Part shown: positions 39,213-51,795 of the stretch, one piece after another
How the letters are laid out: each line of letters opens with the position of its first letter
Position numbering within the stretch: the stretch's first letter is position 1
DNA from: Rhynchobatus australiae
Taxonomy: Eukaryota
Assembly: GCA_034780895.1 (NCBI GenBank)
Contig: JAUZTB010000066.1
Location: 28,080,034 to 28,144,033 of the forward strand
Length of the DNA stretch: 64,000 nucleotides
Direction of reading: 5' to 3'
The notes under the pieces: model-generated
What the model saw: the letters and a program-made list of their open reading frames with translations, nothing else
What the model was told of the DNA's origin: nothing
The model's database searches: none
Made by a program: the position numbers and the translations under genes

Positions 39213-40059
39213 NNNNNNNNNNNNNNNNNNNNNNNNNNNNNNNNNNNNNNNNNNNNNNNNNNNNNNNNNNNNNNNNNNNNNNNNNNNNNNNNNNNNNNNN
39301 NNNNNNNNNNNNNNNNNNNNNNNNNNNNNNNNNNNNNNNNNNNNNNNNNNNNNNNNNNNNNNNNNNNNNNNNNNNNNNNNNNNNNNNNNNNNNNNNNNNN
39401 NNNNNNNNNNNNNNNNNNNNNNNNNNNNNNNNNNNNNNNNNNNNNNNNNNNNNNNNNNNNNNNNNNNNNNNNNNNNNNNNNNNNNNNNNNNNNNNNNNNN
39501 NNNNNNNNNNNNNNNNNNNNNNNNNNNNNNNNNNNNNNNNNNNNNNNNNNNNNNNNNNNNNNNNNNNNNNNNNNNNNNNNNNNNNNNNNNNNNNNNNNNN
39601 NNNNNNNNNNNNNNNNNNNNNNNNNNNNNNNNNNNNNNNNNNNNNNNNNNNNNNNNNNNNNNNNNNNNNNNNNNNNNNNNNNNNNNNNNNNNNNNNNNNN
39701 NNNNNNNNNNNNNNNNNNNNNNNNNNNNNNNNNNNNNNNNNNNNNNNNNNNNNNNNNNNNNNNNNNNNNNNNNNNNNNNNNNNNNNNNNNNNNNNNNNNN
39801 NNNNNNNNNNNNNNNNNNNNNNNNNNNNNNNNNNNNNNNNNNNNNNNNNNNNNNNNNNNNNNNNNNNNNNNNNNNNNNNNNNNNNNNNNNNNNNNNNNNN
39901 NNNNNNNNNNNNNNNNNNNNNNNNNNNNNNNNNNNNNNNNNNNNNNNNNNNNNNNNNNNNNNNNNNNNNNNNNNNTGACTCCATTAACAAACTCTGGTTT
40001 GTTAACTCAGTAAATTAACCGCTGTGCCACAAGGGATTAGGGAATTTCTCTGGTGTTAT

Positions 40060-40560
40060 TAATATCTTCTAAAATTCCATATAAATGTTTCCCAGAAGAA
40101 AGTACTAGTGGAAGATTTAAAAAAACATCTTGGGAAATTAAGGCCACTTATTGTCTAGTTTTATTGGTTGAGTGTCAAGAATTATTAAAAAGCTAATAAA
40201 CAGGTACTACATTCAGGGGGAAAAACTCCTCAACTGAGATTGTCCTTGGTGTGGGAATCCTCTACTCCACCCAAAAATGATCAAGTCCAGTGTTAGGTGG
40301 ACCATCCAATTTTATTCATTTGTTTAAACTTAGTGGTTTAATATAATTGAAGGATTCTTATTTCTAAAGGCAGTTAAGAGCCATCCTTGTGGGTCACACA
40401 AAGGGTAGAATAGGTAAAGGGACCTTGATGCGATCAAGTCATGTCTGGTCACCCTGGACCCATAAGAAATTGAAAAGGTTATATTTTAAACCACAAGACC
40501 CCAGTGTAAAGTTTTGTAGGCTCATCTCCCACAAATACAAGGGGAGGCAAATATGATTGC
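40060..40560 (-). mobile_element. Possible highly decayed L1-type ORF2 C-terminal fragment
   Basis: Weak resemblance of minus-strand peptides to the L1 zf-RVT region. Many stop codons. Confidence 0.25.
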
Positions 40561-40596
40561 GTTGACTGTAGAGGGGTTTCTGTTACCTCTCAGGGT

Positions 40597-40634
40597 AAGA
40601 ACATATGAAAATAGGAGCAGGAGTAGGCCGCTTG
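40597..40634 (-). mobile_element. CR1 3' tail abutting an N gap
   Basis: TAAGAACATATGAAAATAGGAGCAGGAGTAGGCC is the reverse complement of a common elasmobranch CR1 tail. Confidence 0.65.
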
Positions 40635-42139
40635 NNNNNNNNNNNNNNNNNNNNNNNNNNNNNNNNNNNNNNNNNNNNNNNNNNNNNNNNNNNNNNNNNN
40701 NNNNNNNNNNNNNNNNNNNNNNNNNNNNNNNNNNNNNNNNNNNNNNNNNNNNNNNNNNNNNNNNNNNNNNNNNNNNNNNNNNNNNNNNNNNNNNNNNNNN
40801 NNNNNNNNNNNNNNNNNNNNNNNNNNNNNNNNNNNNNNNNNNNNNNNNNNNNNNNNNNNNNNNNNNNNNNNNNNNNNNNNNNNNNNNNNNNNNNNNNNNN
40901 NNNNNNNNNNNNNNNNNNNNNNNNNNNNNNNNNNNNNNNNNNNNNNNNNNNNNNNNNNNNNNNNNNNNNNNNNNNNNNNNNNNNNNNNNNNNNNNNNNNN
41001 NNNNNNNNNNNNNNNNNNNNNNNNNNNNNNNNNNNNNNNNNNNNNNNNNNNNNNNNNNNNNNNNNNNNNNNNNNNNNNNNNNNNNNNNNNNNNNNNNNNN
41101 NNNNNNNNNNNNNNNNNNNNNNNNNNNNNNNNNNNNNNNNNNNNNNNNNNNNNNNNNNNNNNNNNNNNNNNNNNNNNNNNNNNNNNNNNNNNNNNNNNNA
41201 CCACACTAAAGCTCTCTTGAAAATGATCCTTTTTTTCCTGAGTCCCAGGCCATTACCCATATAAAATTGTCTCAAATCCTGGGCAACAGTGCTGTGAAAC
41301 ATTCTAGGGCATTACATTATGTTGAAGGTAATCTGAAAATTTTGTTCAGCCTGCCTTTTCAGCAGCATATGCCCAAGACGTGTGACTTCAAATTTGCTGG
41401 ATGATGCTAACACTAAATTCTGCAAGGCAGTGTTTTAATAAGATGGTAGGAAGTGAGATGAGTCTAATCCATTTCTGGGATCCATACCTTTTTTTTTCAG
41501 GGTTTTGCTCTGTATTCCTGAAAACCTGGTTTGTGACTGATAGAGATCTTGAGATGCATTGCTGGGAAGCAATTATGTATTGCACTGCAGTGAAAAATCT
41601 TCCTTTTACCTTTTGATCTTTGGAAGAGCACAACTTGATGGGCACATGACTATTCCTTATTTGTATATGACTTTAGCAGAATTTGTGGATACTTTGGACA
41701 TCCCAGAGTACGTCACAACTGATCATTTGCCTTTAAATGGAAAAAGTAACTGATCACATCAACATAATTGAGGATCATGAATTAATGATTACTGTGATCC
41801 TACATTGAGATGCTGTGTTGGGCCATGCCAATCAGTTGGGAGTGTCTAGGACCNNNNNNNNNNNNNNNNNNNNNNNNNNNNNNNNNNNNNNNNNNNNNNN
41901 NNNNNNNNNNNNNNNNNNNNNNNNNNNNNNNNNNNNNNNNNNNNNNNNNNNNNNNNNNNNNNNNNNNNNNNNNNNNNNNNNNNNNNNNNNNNNNNNNNNN
42001 NNCTACACTGACAGAATTTTGGAGTACTTTTCCATAATTGTCAATTGATGCTTGATTAATCCTAAAACTAAAATTGACATTGTTACAAAAGCAAAATAGT
42101 GTAGATGCTGGAAATGTATATTTAAAAAAAAGCCTGATT

Positions 42140-42530
42140 TCAACTACAAGATTAGATGAAAGAAATGGAGGTTGTTCTCCTTGGAATAATAAAAAAAAAG
42201 ATTTAATAGAGGTGTACAAGAAAATGACAAGTTCAGATATGGTAGATATAAACTGTTCCCATTAATGGATGGTTTCAAGACCAGGGGGGAATGTTTAGAG
42301 TGCCGTTGATTCCATTTATACCATTCTTGTATGCAGTTTCTAGTAGTGTTGTGAACTTGGCCAATTAGAGCTTTCAAAAGTGAATTGGATAATCACAAAG
42401 GAAAGTAACTTACACGGTTAGAGGGAAAGAATAGTGAATGGGTCTATCTGTATTGCTCTAAAATGAGTTGTAGGACATAATGGGCCAGCTGATGGCCTCC
42501 TGTGATATGACAATTCTGTGATTCCAAGTT
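42140..42530 (+). mobile_element. CR1 3' fragment
   Basis: DLIEVYKKM, AAACTGTTCCCATT and GCTTTCAAAAGTGAATTGGAT motifs, with a TGGCCTCCTGTG..TTCTGTGATTC tail. Confidence 0.7.
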
Positions 42531-42929
42531 GGGCTGTATCAGTGGAGAGACAGAAGGGTGTATACTTCATGTTGATGATCCTTCATTATAACTGGGAATA
42601 GTTTAAAAATAAAAGACTTTAAATTGTGGAGAAAGAATTGGGGGAGGAGGTCAATGCCAGGGTGAAAAGCAGATCTTTGGATATTAAGGGACATGAGGTT
42701 AATCCAAGAAAATGATTTTGAGTAGTGTGAGGGGCACATGCTGATCCTCTTTCCATGTTCTTTGGTTCCAAGGAGCAAGTGGAAAGATAATGCAAGGTGA
42801 AAAATGGTTTTAATAGGGAATAATAGGTATCTCTGGAAAAGCTGTAAGCAGAGAGTAATATACCTGAAATTACCAAAGAATGTGGAGTGAATGCTAGAAA
42901 TCTAAAATAAAAATGCAAAATGGTTGCAC

Positions 42930-43300
42930 ACAAATGTTGATTCTGGATGTGGTACCTACCATGCCTGGTCAGAATATGAAATATTGTTTCTCAACTTGTA
43001 TTGAAATTCATTGTAATAAAGTTGCAGATTGGGAGTGAGACAGAAAATTAAAATGACAGACAACTGAAAGCTCAGGATCTATGGGTCTTAAACTTTTTGG
43101 TGAGGTCATGATTTATTTTTAATCCTTTCGATCTAGTGTGCATTATTTGATGGTCATAATGTGGTTTCCTCTGCATTGGCAAGGCTAAACACAGATTGGG
43201 TCATAGATGGGTCATCATCTTTTTGTCTGCAGTTCTATCCCTGAACTTCCCGTTGTCTGTCATTTTAATTTGCTGATTTACTTTCACTCTGATCTCTGCC
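42930..43300. mobile_element. Two Penelope endonuclease fragments in inverted orientation
   Basis: 43039-43076 (minus) and 43240-43276 (plus) both encode PELxVVCHFN. Confidence 0.55.
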
Positions 43301-43512
43301 AAGATAGTACCTTCTTGAAGCCTAACTTATAGTTGGGCACTGCTGTCATCCAACTCAAATTTAATCCATTAGTTTTGGATCACAACCACTTCACCACCCT
43401 GTTTCTTTTCCCNNNNNNNNNNNNNNNNNNNNNNNNNNNNNNNNNNNNNNNNNNNNNNNNNNNNNNNNNNNNNNNNNNNNNNNNNNNNNNNNNNNNNNNN
43501 NNNNNNNNNNNN

Positions 43513-43558
43513 ACTTATACATGTCTCGGTGTGTTTCTTTTGTTGCTGGTACGTAACA
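43513..43558 (+). mobile_element. 3' end of an LTR of the same family as 52797-53514
   Basis: ACTTATACATGTCTCGGTGTGTTTCTTTTGTTGCTGGTACGTAACA nearly matches 53465-53514. The rest lies in an N gap. Confidence 0.75.
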
Positions 43559-44489
43559 GCTGGAGAGAACGGAAACAATATGGGGACAGAAGAGGCTGCA
43601 GATGCTAAAATCAGAGTAAAGATCAACTTTCAGGAGGAAGTCATCGGGACAGAAGCTGTCTGGCACAATGGGTTCCTCGAGCGTCTTGTTTTCTTCCTGC
43701 CCCAGGAGATGAACAACTACAATTTGAACTTTTTTAAAGTTAGGTTATCAACATCATAGTCAAGTGCATGCTTTAATTAATTTCTTCAGGCGGAATGAGA
43801 TAGAAAAGATCTTCAAAGCATAACGAGATGTAAATTAGAGGAGAGCACCAAAACAGGTGTTATTGGATTGCATATTCGTTCACTTCCTCATGAGCTCCCT
43901 GCTCACTAAACGAGTGGCAAATAATTCCAGTAAAATGTCCTTTGTACATCGTCCAGAGGCGTTTTAGATGAGCAAAATTGAACAGAAAATTTCAAAAACG
44001 TAATTTTGTAATAGTTCACTGAGCTTCATCAAAGAGTGGGCTCATGCGTGTTGTTTTTTGGGGAAAAGCTACAATTGGACCCTGCGCAAATGGATAATCC
44101 CTTGTTAATAACATTCAGATTGGTGGGAACACTACAACAAGAGAAAATGTGTTAAATGTTCCCTTCAGATACTGAATATTCTCTTCTACCTGTGGCCTGG
44201 CAGTAGTAAACCTGCCATCTACAGTTTCTGAACTGACAGCACATCACTTGAGGAATACGGCATTAAAACTGTAGAATATTAATTGAACAGAAATAAATAT
44301 AATTTACAAAAATAAGAACTGAAATGTTATTACTCTAGGACATGAGGGAACATGTGTCAGGCAAAAAACTATATGATAGTATTTACAATTAATGATATAT
44401 TTAATACAAAGTTTGGATGATACAAAGATATAGTTCCTTCCTCACAATGGGTCGATATCCTGACCTTTGGCTTAACAGCATTGCAGATG

Positions 44490-44610
44490 AACTTGCAAAT
44501 GCAAGGAGTTTGTTCAAGAAAGTGGTTCACTTTCATGTTTTCAAGGACGTTTAGAGACTGGCAATAAATGCTGACCTTGGCAGTGGCACATGCATCCATA
44601 ACAGAATAAA
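44490..44610 (+). mobile_element. L2/CR1-group LINE 3' end
   Basis: GTTCAAGAAAGTGGTTCAC..TTTTCAAGGAC..GGCAATAAATGCTGACCTTG, the same family as 51590-51795 and 54065-54500. Confidence 0.6.
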
Positions 44611-45869
44611 CAAAATCTAGAATAAGCACTTAGAATCCCATAGCAAAGGGTCTACAGTGGCACACCAGATCAAAGATAAAGTTGTTATTCTAATATTTCA
44701 TGTCAAACATGAAAAAATATGTTTTAATTTGATGTAAGCACTTGGTTCATCATTGACGAAGGTATTAACAACAAAGTATTTTTGCTAAAAACATCAAAGT
44801 GCCATCTCATGCTTACTTCTGCAGGAAACAGAATCTTTTTAAGAAGACGTACTTGGATCTTGTTCAGTGAAAGGAGAGAGAACCAGAGCATGACTTTTAA
44901 TCATACTGTTCATTAAATAACTTGTGAAATTAATGTAATGATGCTTTCCCTCACAATTTTGTTATGCTTACAACCAGAAAAATATAAATAGAGAAAGGAT
45001 TTAGCAAACAATTGTAATGAAGATGGGTTTCTCAATAAATATGAAACTAATCTATTTATGCAACTGCAGAAATACACCAGATTATTATTGGCATTGGGGA
45101 ATTCTGTTTAGAATAGAGGTTGAATTATTGCCATAATGGTGGAGACTATCAATCAGAAAATTGGCAGATAATCAAAGTTCAACTGTAGAGAAAAATGGTT
45201 GGTTTCATATTTAGATAAAACATGCATTTTATTCAAATACTTCTTCTTTTGTTATTTCCACTACCTGTAAACCTCATTTTCAGCCCCACTTTTATCCAAA
45301 CCTGCTGTATACCTTCACATGAATTCCTGCCCCATATATGCTGGGACACTTAACTTTTTCTAGATTGTTGACTTGAAATGTAGTTTTTCTTGCTTCACAG
45401 GGTGCTAGCTGATCTGTGTATTTTTAGCACATTGTTTTTATTTGAAAATTTCAGCATCTATAGTGTATGATTTTGCTTTCATTTTACCAGAACTAGAATA
45501 AAATTCTTTTTTTCTGGTACTTTTATTTTCCAGACTACATTGCCTGTAATTTTAATGCTTATTCCTTGCAGCAGCTCTTGTCCATGCTTTTTTCTTTTTC
45601 TCGATGTATGCATTCTGTTAAGCTACATTTCAAAATGATAAAATGCCTTCAATATTGATATTAACTCATAGCCACTTGTGGGATAAATTGAACAATCAAA
45701 GGGAGATGGAATAAGCAGGTGTTGTTCAACTACAATGAAAAGCTTAATCTTATTAGTGTAAATAGGGCTGATGTGAATTGGGGGATCTGAAGGACCTGTT
45801 TCCACACCAACTATTACACTGTCATTAATCCCTTTTTTCACATTCCCATTGAAAACCCCCAGATTCTAC

Positions 45870-46035
45870 CATTTTGCCTATATACAAAGGCCAATTTACA
45901 GTGGCCAATTAACTTACCAACCTGCACATCTTTGGGATGTGGGAGGAAACTGGAGCACCTGGAGGAAATTGTGGCAACGGGGAGAACGTGCAAACTCCAT
46001 GAAGACAGCACCTGAAGTTGGGATTAATCCTAATT
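45870..46035 (-). mobile_element. HE1-type V-SINE
   Basis: GGCCAATTAAC..TCTTTGGGATGTGGGAGGAAACTGGAGCACCTGGAGGAAA..GGGAGAACGTGCAAACTCCA is the reverse complement of the V domain. Confidence 0.85.
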
Positions 46036-46984
46036 TCTTTGTGTCCAAAAGTTTGTAGACTTCCTGAATTTAGTCAATGATAGTCCTCTGAAGTAGAGAT
46101 TTATTTTGTGCAAGTATATTACTCTCATCTCAGTCATTGGTGTACAACACATCCAAAGTTATATGCCTCCCTAGTGCCAGGTAGAGGGAATGTTCTTTCT
46201 TGGCATCGACCCTAATAATTCCTTTCAGGAAGTATTCTGTCTAGAGGTGATTGCCCTGTGTTCTTCTAACCTCTGAAAATTTCATGCAACGACAATGCTC
46301 TGGAAGTAGTCGGGCCAGTCAGCACCTGCGAAACACTTGGGTCAATGACAGATCTTATAAGTTCTCCTAGGCTGGCCCTTTCACCCCAGGAATAAATCTA
46401 GTGAATCATTAATGCTTGGACTGCAAGGCAAGTATATCCTTTAGGTATTAAGTCAATCTCTGCACAGCACACCAAACAAGGTTTCACTCGTATTAAAAAA
46501 TCAAAATTGCAAATGCTGGAAATCTGAAATAAATCCAAAGCTTTATAATCTGAGTAAGGCTTCCTTTTGTACTTCCAACCTCTTGCAAAAACAAAAGAGT
46601 TGGGAATCATGAGCAAGTGCATTCCAGGAAAAGACTAAGTTCTAGTTCTGCTGGAAGGAACAAATATGCAAATTTTGGGGTCCAGTCTTCTAAGAAAAAT
46701 ATGTATATTGTAGGTCTCCAGATGATTCTAATGAGTAAAGTTGTTGATGATCCAGGTTATTGTGTGAAAGTCACTGTAATAGTGAAGTTTAAGTGGCTGC
46801 TTAGCTGAAGTCAGCCAAAAGGCTCCTAGTATGGCAGAAAATGTGAGCAAAACCAACTGCCATAAAACTAACTGTTATTGGCTTTTTATAAGCTCCCATT
46901 GCTTGCTTTCATTTTTGCAGTAGGTTCTGAACCAGTACTCCAAAATAAAATAAGTCATTCATTTCCCTTGATTTGTAGAATTTG

Positions 46985-47390
46985 GTTTTATCTCTGAACT
47001 GAGAGGTTGTTATTCAAGCCCTACTTTAAAGACTTAAATATAACCATCTAGACTGGTATTCTTGCACTACTGCAGCAATTTTGGACTGTTGGAGATGTTT
47101 CCTTTTGGATAGTCCACCTCCTTGGGTGGCTGTAACAGATCCCTAGCATTATTTTGAAAAGGAGCAAGGAACTTTTTAGTGACATACGCAGTATTTTATT
47201 TTATCCCATCAATACGTCAACAACAAATAATCTGTTCAATGTCACATTGTTTGTAGAAAGTGGGTATGTGAAAGTAGCTGTCACGTTTCCTATATTACAA
47301 AGGCAGCTATACTTCAAAAGCACTTCATTGGTGTAAAACATTCTGGAACAACTTGAGGGCATGAAAGCCACGGCATACATTCAAGTCTGC
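46985..47390 (+). mobile_element. SacSINE1-like (Deu-domain) SINE, near full length
   Basis: GGTGGCTGTAACAGATCCCTAGCATTATTTTGAAAAGGAGCAAGG..GTTTCCTATATTACAA..ACTTCAAAAGCACTTCATTGGTGTAAAAC. Confidence 0.7.
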
Positions 47391-47509
47391 CTTTTTTCGT
47401 CTTTCTAAAGGAAAACATTAAAACCACTAATAGTCAAGAGTAATAGAAAAAAAAGGACTGGAGGGGAAAAGTGGAAGAATTGAAGTTTTCCTTTTCCTTT
47501 GCCACTTCT

Positions 47510-48068
47510 GCCAGCTCCTCCAAGTGAGGCAGAGATTCATGTGAATTTAGTGCTCATGGTGTGGACTCTACATTAGTGACAGCTAGACCTGGTGATGGTT
47601 TGGCAGAGCACTTGCACCCTCTGCAGTGGCCATCTTGAGCTTCCAGTTGCATGTCATTTCAACTCCCTATTCCCACATGACATGTTTGTCCTTGGCCCTC
47701 TCTATTGCCACACTGAGGCCAAGTGCAAAATAGAACAGCACCTCATATTCTTCTTGGGTAGCCTACAGCCCAATAGTATGAACATCGAATTTCCCAGTTT
47801 CAGGTAATCCACTTCCCTTTTGTTTCTTTAACACCCTTATCAGTTCATCCAGGGTCTCCTGCCCTTTACACCTTTCCTGTCCCTCCCTCCCTCATTACCT
47901 AAACATCACTCTCACCCACCTAGTTCCATCTACCCATTATTCACATCTGTTGATTTGGGTTTATCTCCCTTGGTTCACCTCTCCTATCCCTTCCCCCACC
48001 CAGCTCCATTTACTCATCCTTTCTTCATCTGGTTCCACTATCACCTACCAGTCTGTCTCGCTCCTCCC
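47510..48068 (+). mobile_element. Penelope-like element endonuclease C-terminus and pyrimidine-rich 3' region
   Basis: ORF 47592..47807: ELPVACHFNS..VLGPLYCHTEAKCKIEQHLIFFLGSLQPNSMNIEFPSFR. Confidence 0.85.
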
Positions 48069-48339
48069 NNNNNNNNNNNNNNNNNNNNNNNNNNNNNNNN
48101 NNNNNNNNNNNNNNNNNNNNNNNNNNNNNNNNNNNNNNNNNNNNNNNNNNNNNNNNNNNNNNNNNNNNNNNNNNNNNNNNNNNNNNNNNNNNNNNNNNNN
48201 NNNNNNNNNNNNNNNNNNNNNNNNNNNNNNNNNNNNNNNNNNNNNNNNNNNNNNNNNNNNNNNNNNNNNTTGCTTTTTTGAGTTAATTGATTTTAATTTG
48301 TATTTCTTTTGCACTTTGAATAGTATTCCACAAAGTGGT

Positions 48340-48550
48340 CACCCAACACCCAAGACTTTTCAATTCACAAGCACAACCCCACACTCTTGGTTGTCAATCA
48401 TTTTTATTATCCATTGCATTCCTACTCTTGCTTTTCTATCTTCAGCCTTCCTCAGCATTCCAGTAAAACTCTGTGTAAGCTCAAGGAACAGAACCTCTGC
48501 TTTCATTTAAGAACTTCAGAACCCAATGTTGAGTTAAACTATTCAAGATA
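48340..48550 (+). mobile_element. Older Penelope endonuclease fragment
   Basis: LVVNHF and KLKEQNLCFHLRTSEP motifs. Confidence 0.45.
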
Positions 48551-49809
48551 CTTCTGACACTTTACCTTTTACTTAATTTCCTGTGACTTTTGCCTAGACA
48601 GATATTATAGGCAGAACTGTGACAATGCAGCATGGGACCTAATAGTTTCTACTTGTAGATGTATTCTTTAAAAAATGCTAGTCGGGTAGCCAGCTTGAAA
48701 TTGTCCAAATCATACCACCTGGAGTTAGGTGTATAAAATAGTGTACTTAATTTTATGACAGATGATTGTGAGGAATATTGGGGTTGTATTAATTCATGCA
48801 TACATTTAATTTGCAATTCCCTTGCCTATTCAGTCTATTTTTACTTGCCTCTTCAGCTTCACTACCATCTCGTTCAGCTCTTTTTTTACCACCAAACCAT
48901 AACCCATTAATTTATAACTAAATGGCAAATGAACTTTAATTATTCCATTGATATTTTGTATCAACTGTTTGTCTCAAATGATTTTAAATAGATCATCCTT
49001 TCTCTACACAGGGCAGTAAGAAGAAAGCCTAATTATAGCAGGAAATGTAATAATACATTTACAGATCTATGATAGTATTTTTTCATGAATTACTAATTAA
49101 TTACCATATGATATTTGAGATGCTCTTGGACATTGGGATTGATTTTTTTTGGAGTGAATTTTGGCATTTCCCCATGATACTGTGGCCATTTGGCATTTCT
49201 TTGCAAGTGTGGAAGTCCAAAACTTGCTAGCCTCTTAACCACGACTTACTAACTCTCTTCTGATGTTGGATTCCTCATTGCTTCCAGAGGCAGAGTAAGC
49301 AGTTGTAGGTTTTCCCCCAGTGTTCAGATTGTGATTCTGCTTTCTGAACTCGAGCCAGGCCTAATCTGGTCAAGGAACAGAGACGTATAAAGTAGAAATT
49401 GCTGAAGGAACACAGAGAATTTTTAAAAAACTGCACATGTTGTAAGTGGTTTTTGTTTTGGTCTTATTTGGGCCCACTCCCTCCATTCTTTGGTACATTG
49501 ACAATTATATTTCTGCTTCCTTGTGGTAGAATTCTTTTGCTGTACATTTCCATCTTGCTCTCATCTTCACATGGTTCATCTGACTCTTCCCTATCTAGAT
49601 TTCTCCATCTTCATTGGAGCATATACATTTGTTTGAGTTTATTAAGATTAGTTGTATTTTTAATTGTTAAGGATTTTGTGTGTTTTGTCATTTGTTTTAA
49701 TTTTATTTGTATTTGATCTGTAATGCTTTTGAAATTTTCTTTAATGTTTCAATGCCAGAGATATTCAGCTAGGTTAAAGGGTATTGTTGGTCGTTTGTCA
49801 ACATTATTC

Positions 49810-50000
49810 CTTTTTTGGTGGATATAGCTTGTTATGACGTGAATCATTGCAGTGTATTTTGTACATCCATCACACTACAACCTTAATACACTGCTGAACA
49901 GTAAACATTTAGGGTGGTGGATGGGGTGTCAATCAAGCTGGCTGCCATGTCCTGAATGGTGCTGAGCTGCTTGATCATTGGAAGTACAGTCAGGCATACA
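49810..50000 (-). mobile_element. L2/CR1-group LINE fragment
   Basis: GGTGGATGGGGTGTCAATCAAGCTGGCTGCCATGTCCTGAATGGTGCTGAGCTGCTTGA; minus strand reads KQLSTIQDMAASLIDTPST. Confidence 0.6.
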
Positions 50001-50124
50001 AATAGAGAGGACTTTGCCACATTCCTGATATATGCCTTTATAAATGGTAAATGTTTTGGGAGTTCAAAAAAGAGTTGCATTCTGCAAGATATCCAACTAT
50101 GACCTAATCTGGATGAACAAAATC

Positions 50125-50715
50125 TGACGAGAGGAACAGCATCTTGTATTCCACTTGGGTAGCCTGCGGCTTAAGGGTATGAACACTGACTTTTCCAATT
50201 TCAAGCAACCCACACCCCTTGTGTTCCTTTCTCCCTCCTACTGGTCCACCAAGGTTCTCTCTCCCCTTTTCTCCTCTTCCCCCTCCCCCCCCCCCCTCTG
50301 GTTTCATCTGCCCATCATCCCTCCCTTGTCTGGTTCCATATCACAACAAAATATCTGTANNNNNNNNNNNNNNNNNNNNNNNNNNNNNNNNNNNNNNNNN
50401 NNNNNNNNNNNNNNNNNNNNNNNNNNNNNNNNNNNNNNNNNNNNNNNNNNNNNNNNNNNNNNNNNNNNNNNNNNNNNNNNNNNNNNNNNNNNNNNNNNNN
50501 NNNNNNNNNNNNNNNNNNNNNNNNNNNNNNNNNNNNNNNNNNNNNNNNNNNNNNNNNNNNNNNNNNNNNNNNNNNNNNCCCTCTATGTTCTCAGACCTAA
50601 TGCAGAACCTCTATCTGAAACGCCAACCTTTCTTTTACCTCCACAGATGCTGCTTAGCTTGCTGAGTTTGCTCCTGAAGTTTTTTTGCTTCAGATTCCAG
50701 CATCTGTAGTCTGTC
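50125..50715 (+). mobile_element. Penelope 3' end with terminal repeat (spans an N gap)
   Basis: EEQHLVFHLGSLRLKGMNTDFSNFK, then CCTAATGCAGAACCTCTATCTGAAACG..CCACAGATGCTGC..CAGATTCCAGCATCTGTAG. Confidence 0.75.
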
Positions 50716-51589
50716 TCCTATGACCCAATCTTGTAACCAGTATATTTTTATATTTCAGAAATATTTTTCATAATATATGCAGTAAATATAACCATTAATT
50801 GTATACTTTCATTGTACTGTGAATTCAATATATTCTCTTTGAATCCATCATTGCCCTCTCAAGCCACTATATTTATGTATCAGGTTAATAATGCAGTTAA
50901 TCTGAACAGTGGTAAACCTCATGATGTAGAATTTGGTAATACCTTTATTGTCAAGGTTGGGTAGTTAGCCATACATTTTGAAAAGATTTTGTTATTTGCC
51001 AATTATTCTGTTTTGTCTGAATGTGGTCTAGGTCTTGTACTATTTCAGTTGTGAATGCAGCTCAGTATTTATACACTCAACAGCAACCCTTAATTTTGTC
51101 AGGGAGGGATGATTATTGATGAAACAACTGAGAACGATTGGTCCTGGAATACTCTGCTGAGGAGCTCCCGTTACAATGTATTTAACTTGCTGAGTGACAG
51201 CAATCAACATAGCCTTTGTTTTATGAATGACTCTAATGTTTTTCCCTTGATTCCCTTTGACCTAGCAATCTTAAGCAAATGTTTTGCTCTCAAGGGCAGT
51301 CATACTTGCCTCATCTTGCTGTGTATAGTTTATTGGCAGGTACTGCTTTGAAACACTGACTATTACAAAAGTGAAACAATATGGTATCAGAACACAAGAA
51401 TCAGCTGACCAGGAGAATGTTGAGGTCAAAGATTGAATAGAATTCTGGATGGTAATAACATTTAACAGTGTGATTTTTAAAAATATCATATGATACCCAT
51501 TTATTACTCTAAACATGCATTCTTTTGACCATCAGCGCATTGTAAATACATTGCGGTCCTTTGCTTAGACTACTTAACGAAGACCTCTT

Positions 51590-51795
51590 CAACCTGTAAG
51601 CTGTACCACCAAGAAGGGCAACTGCACCATGCTATCCTGACTTGGAAAAGTATCATAATTTCTTCATTGTCACTGAACCTAAATCCTGAAATTCCCTACC
51701 CAACAGCATTGAGCGTACCTTAAGTATTGCAGCAGTTCGATAAGGCAGCTGATAAGCATTAAGTGATGGCTTTGCCAGTATTCCCTACATCTTAA
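51590..51795 (+). mobile_element. L2/CR1-group LINE 3' end
   Basis: CTATCCTGACTTGGAAA..AAATCCTGAAATTCCCTACCCAACAGCATTG..GCAGTTCGATAAGGCAGCT. Confidence 0.65.
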
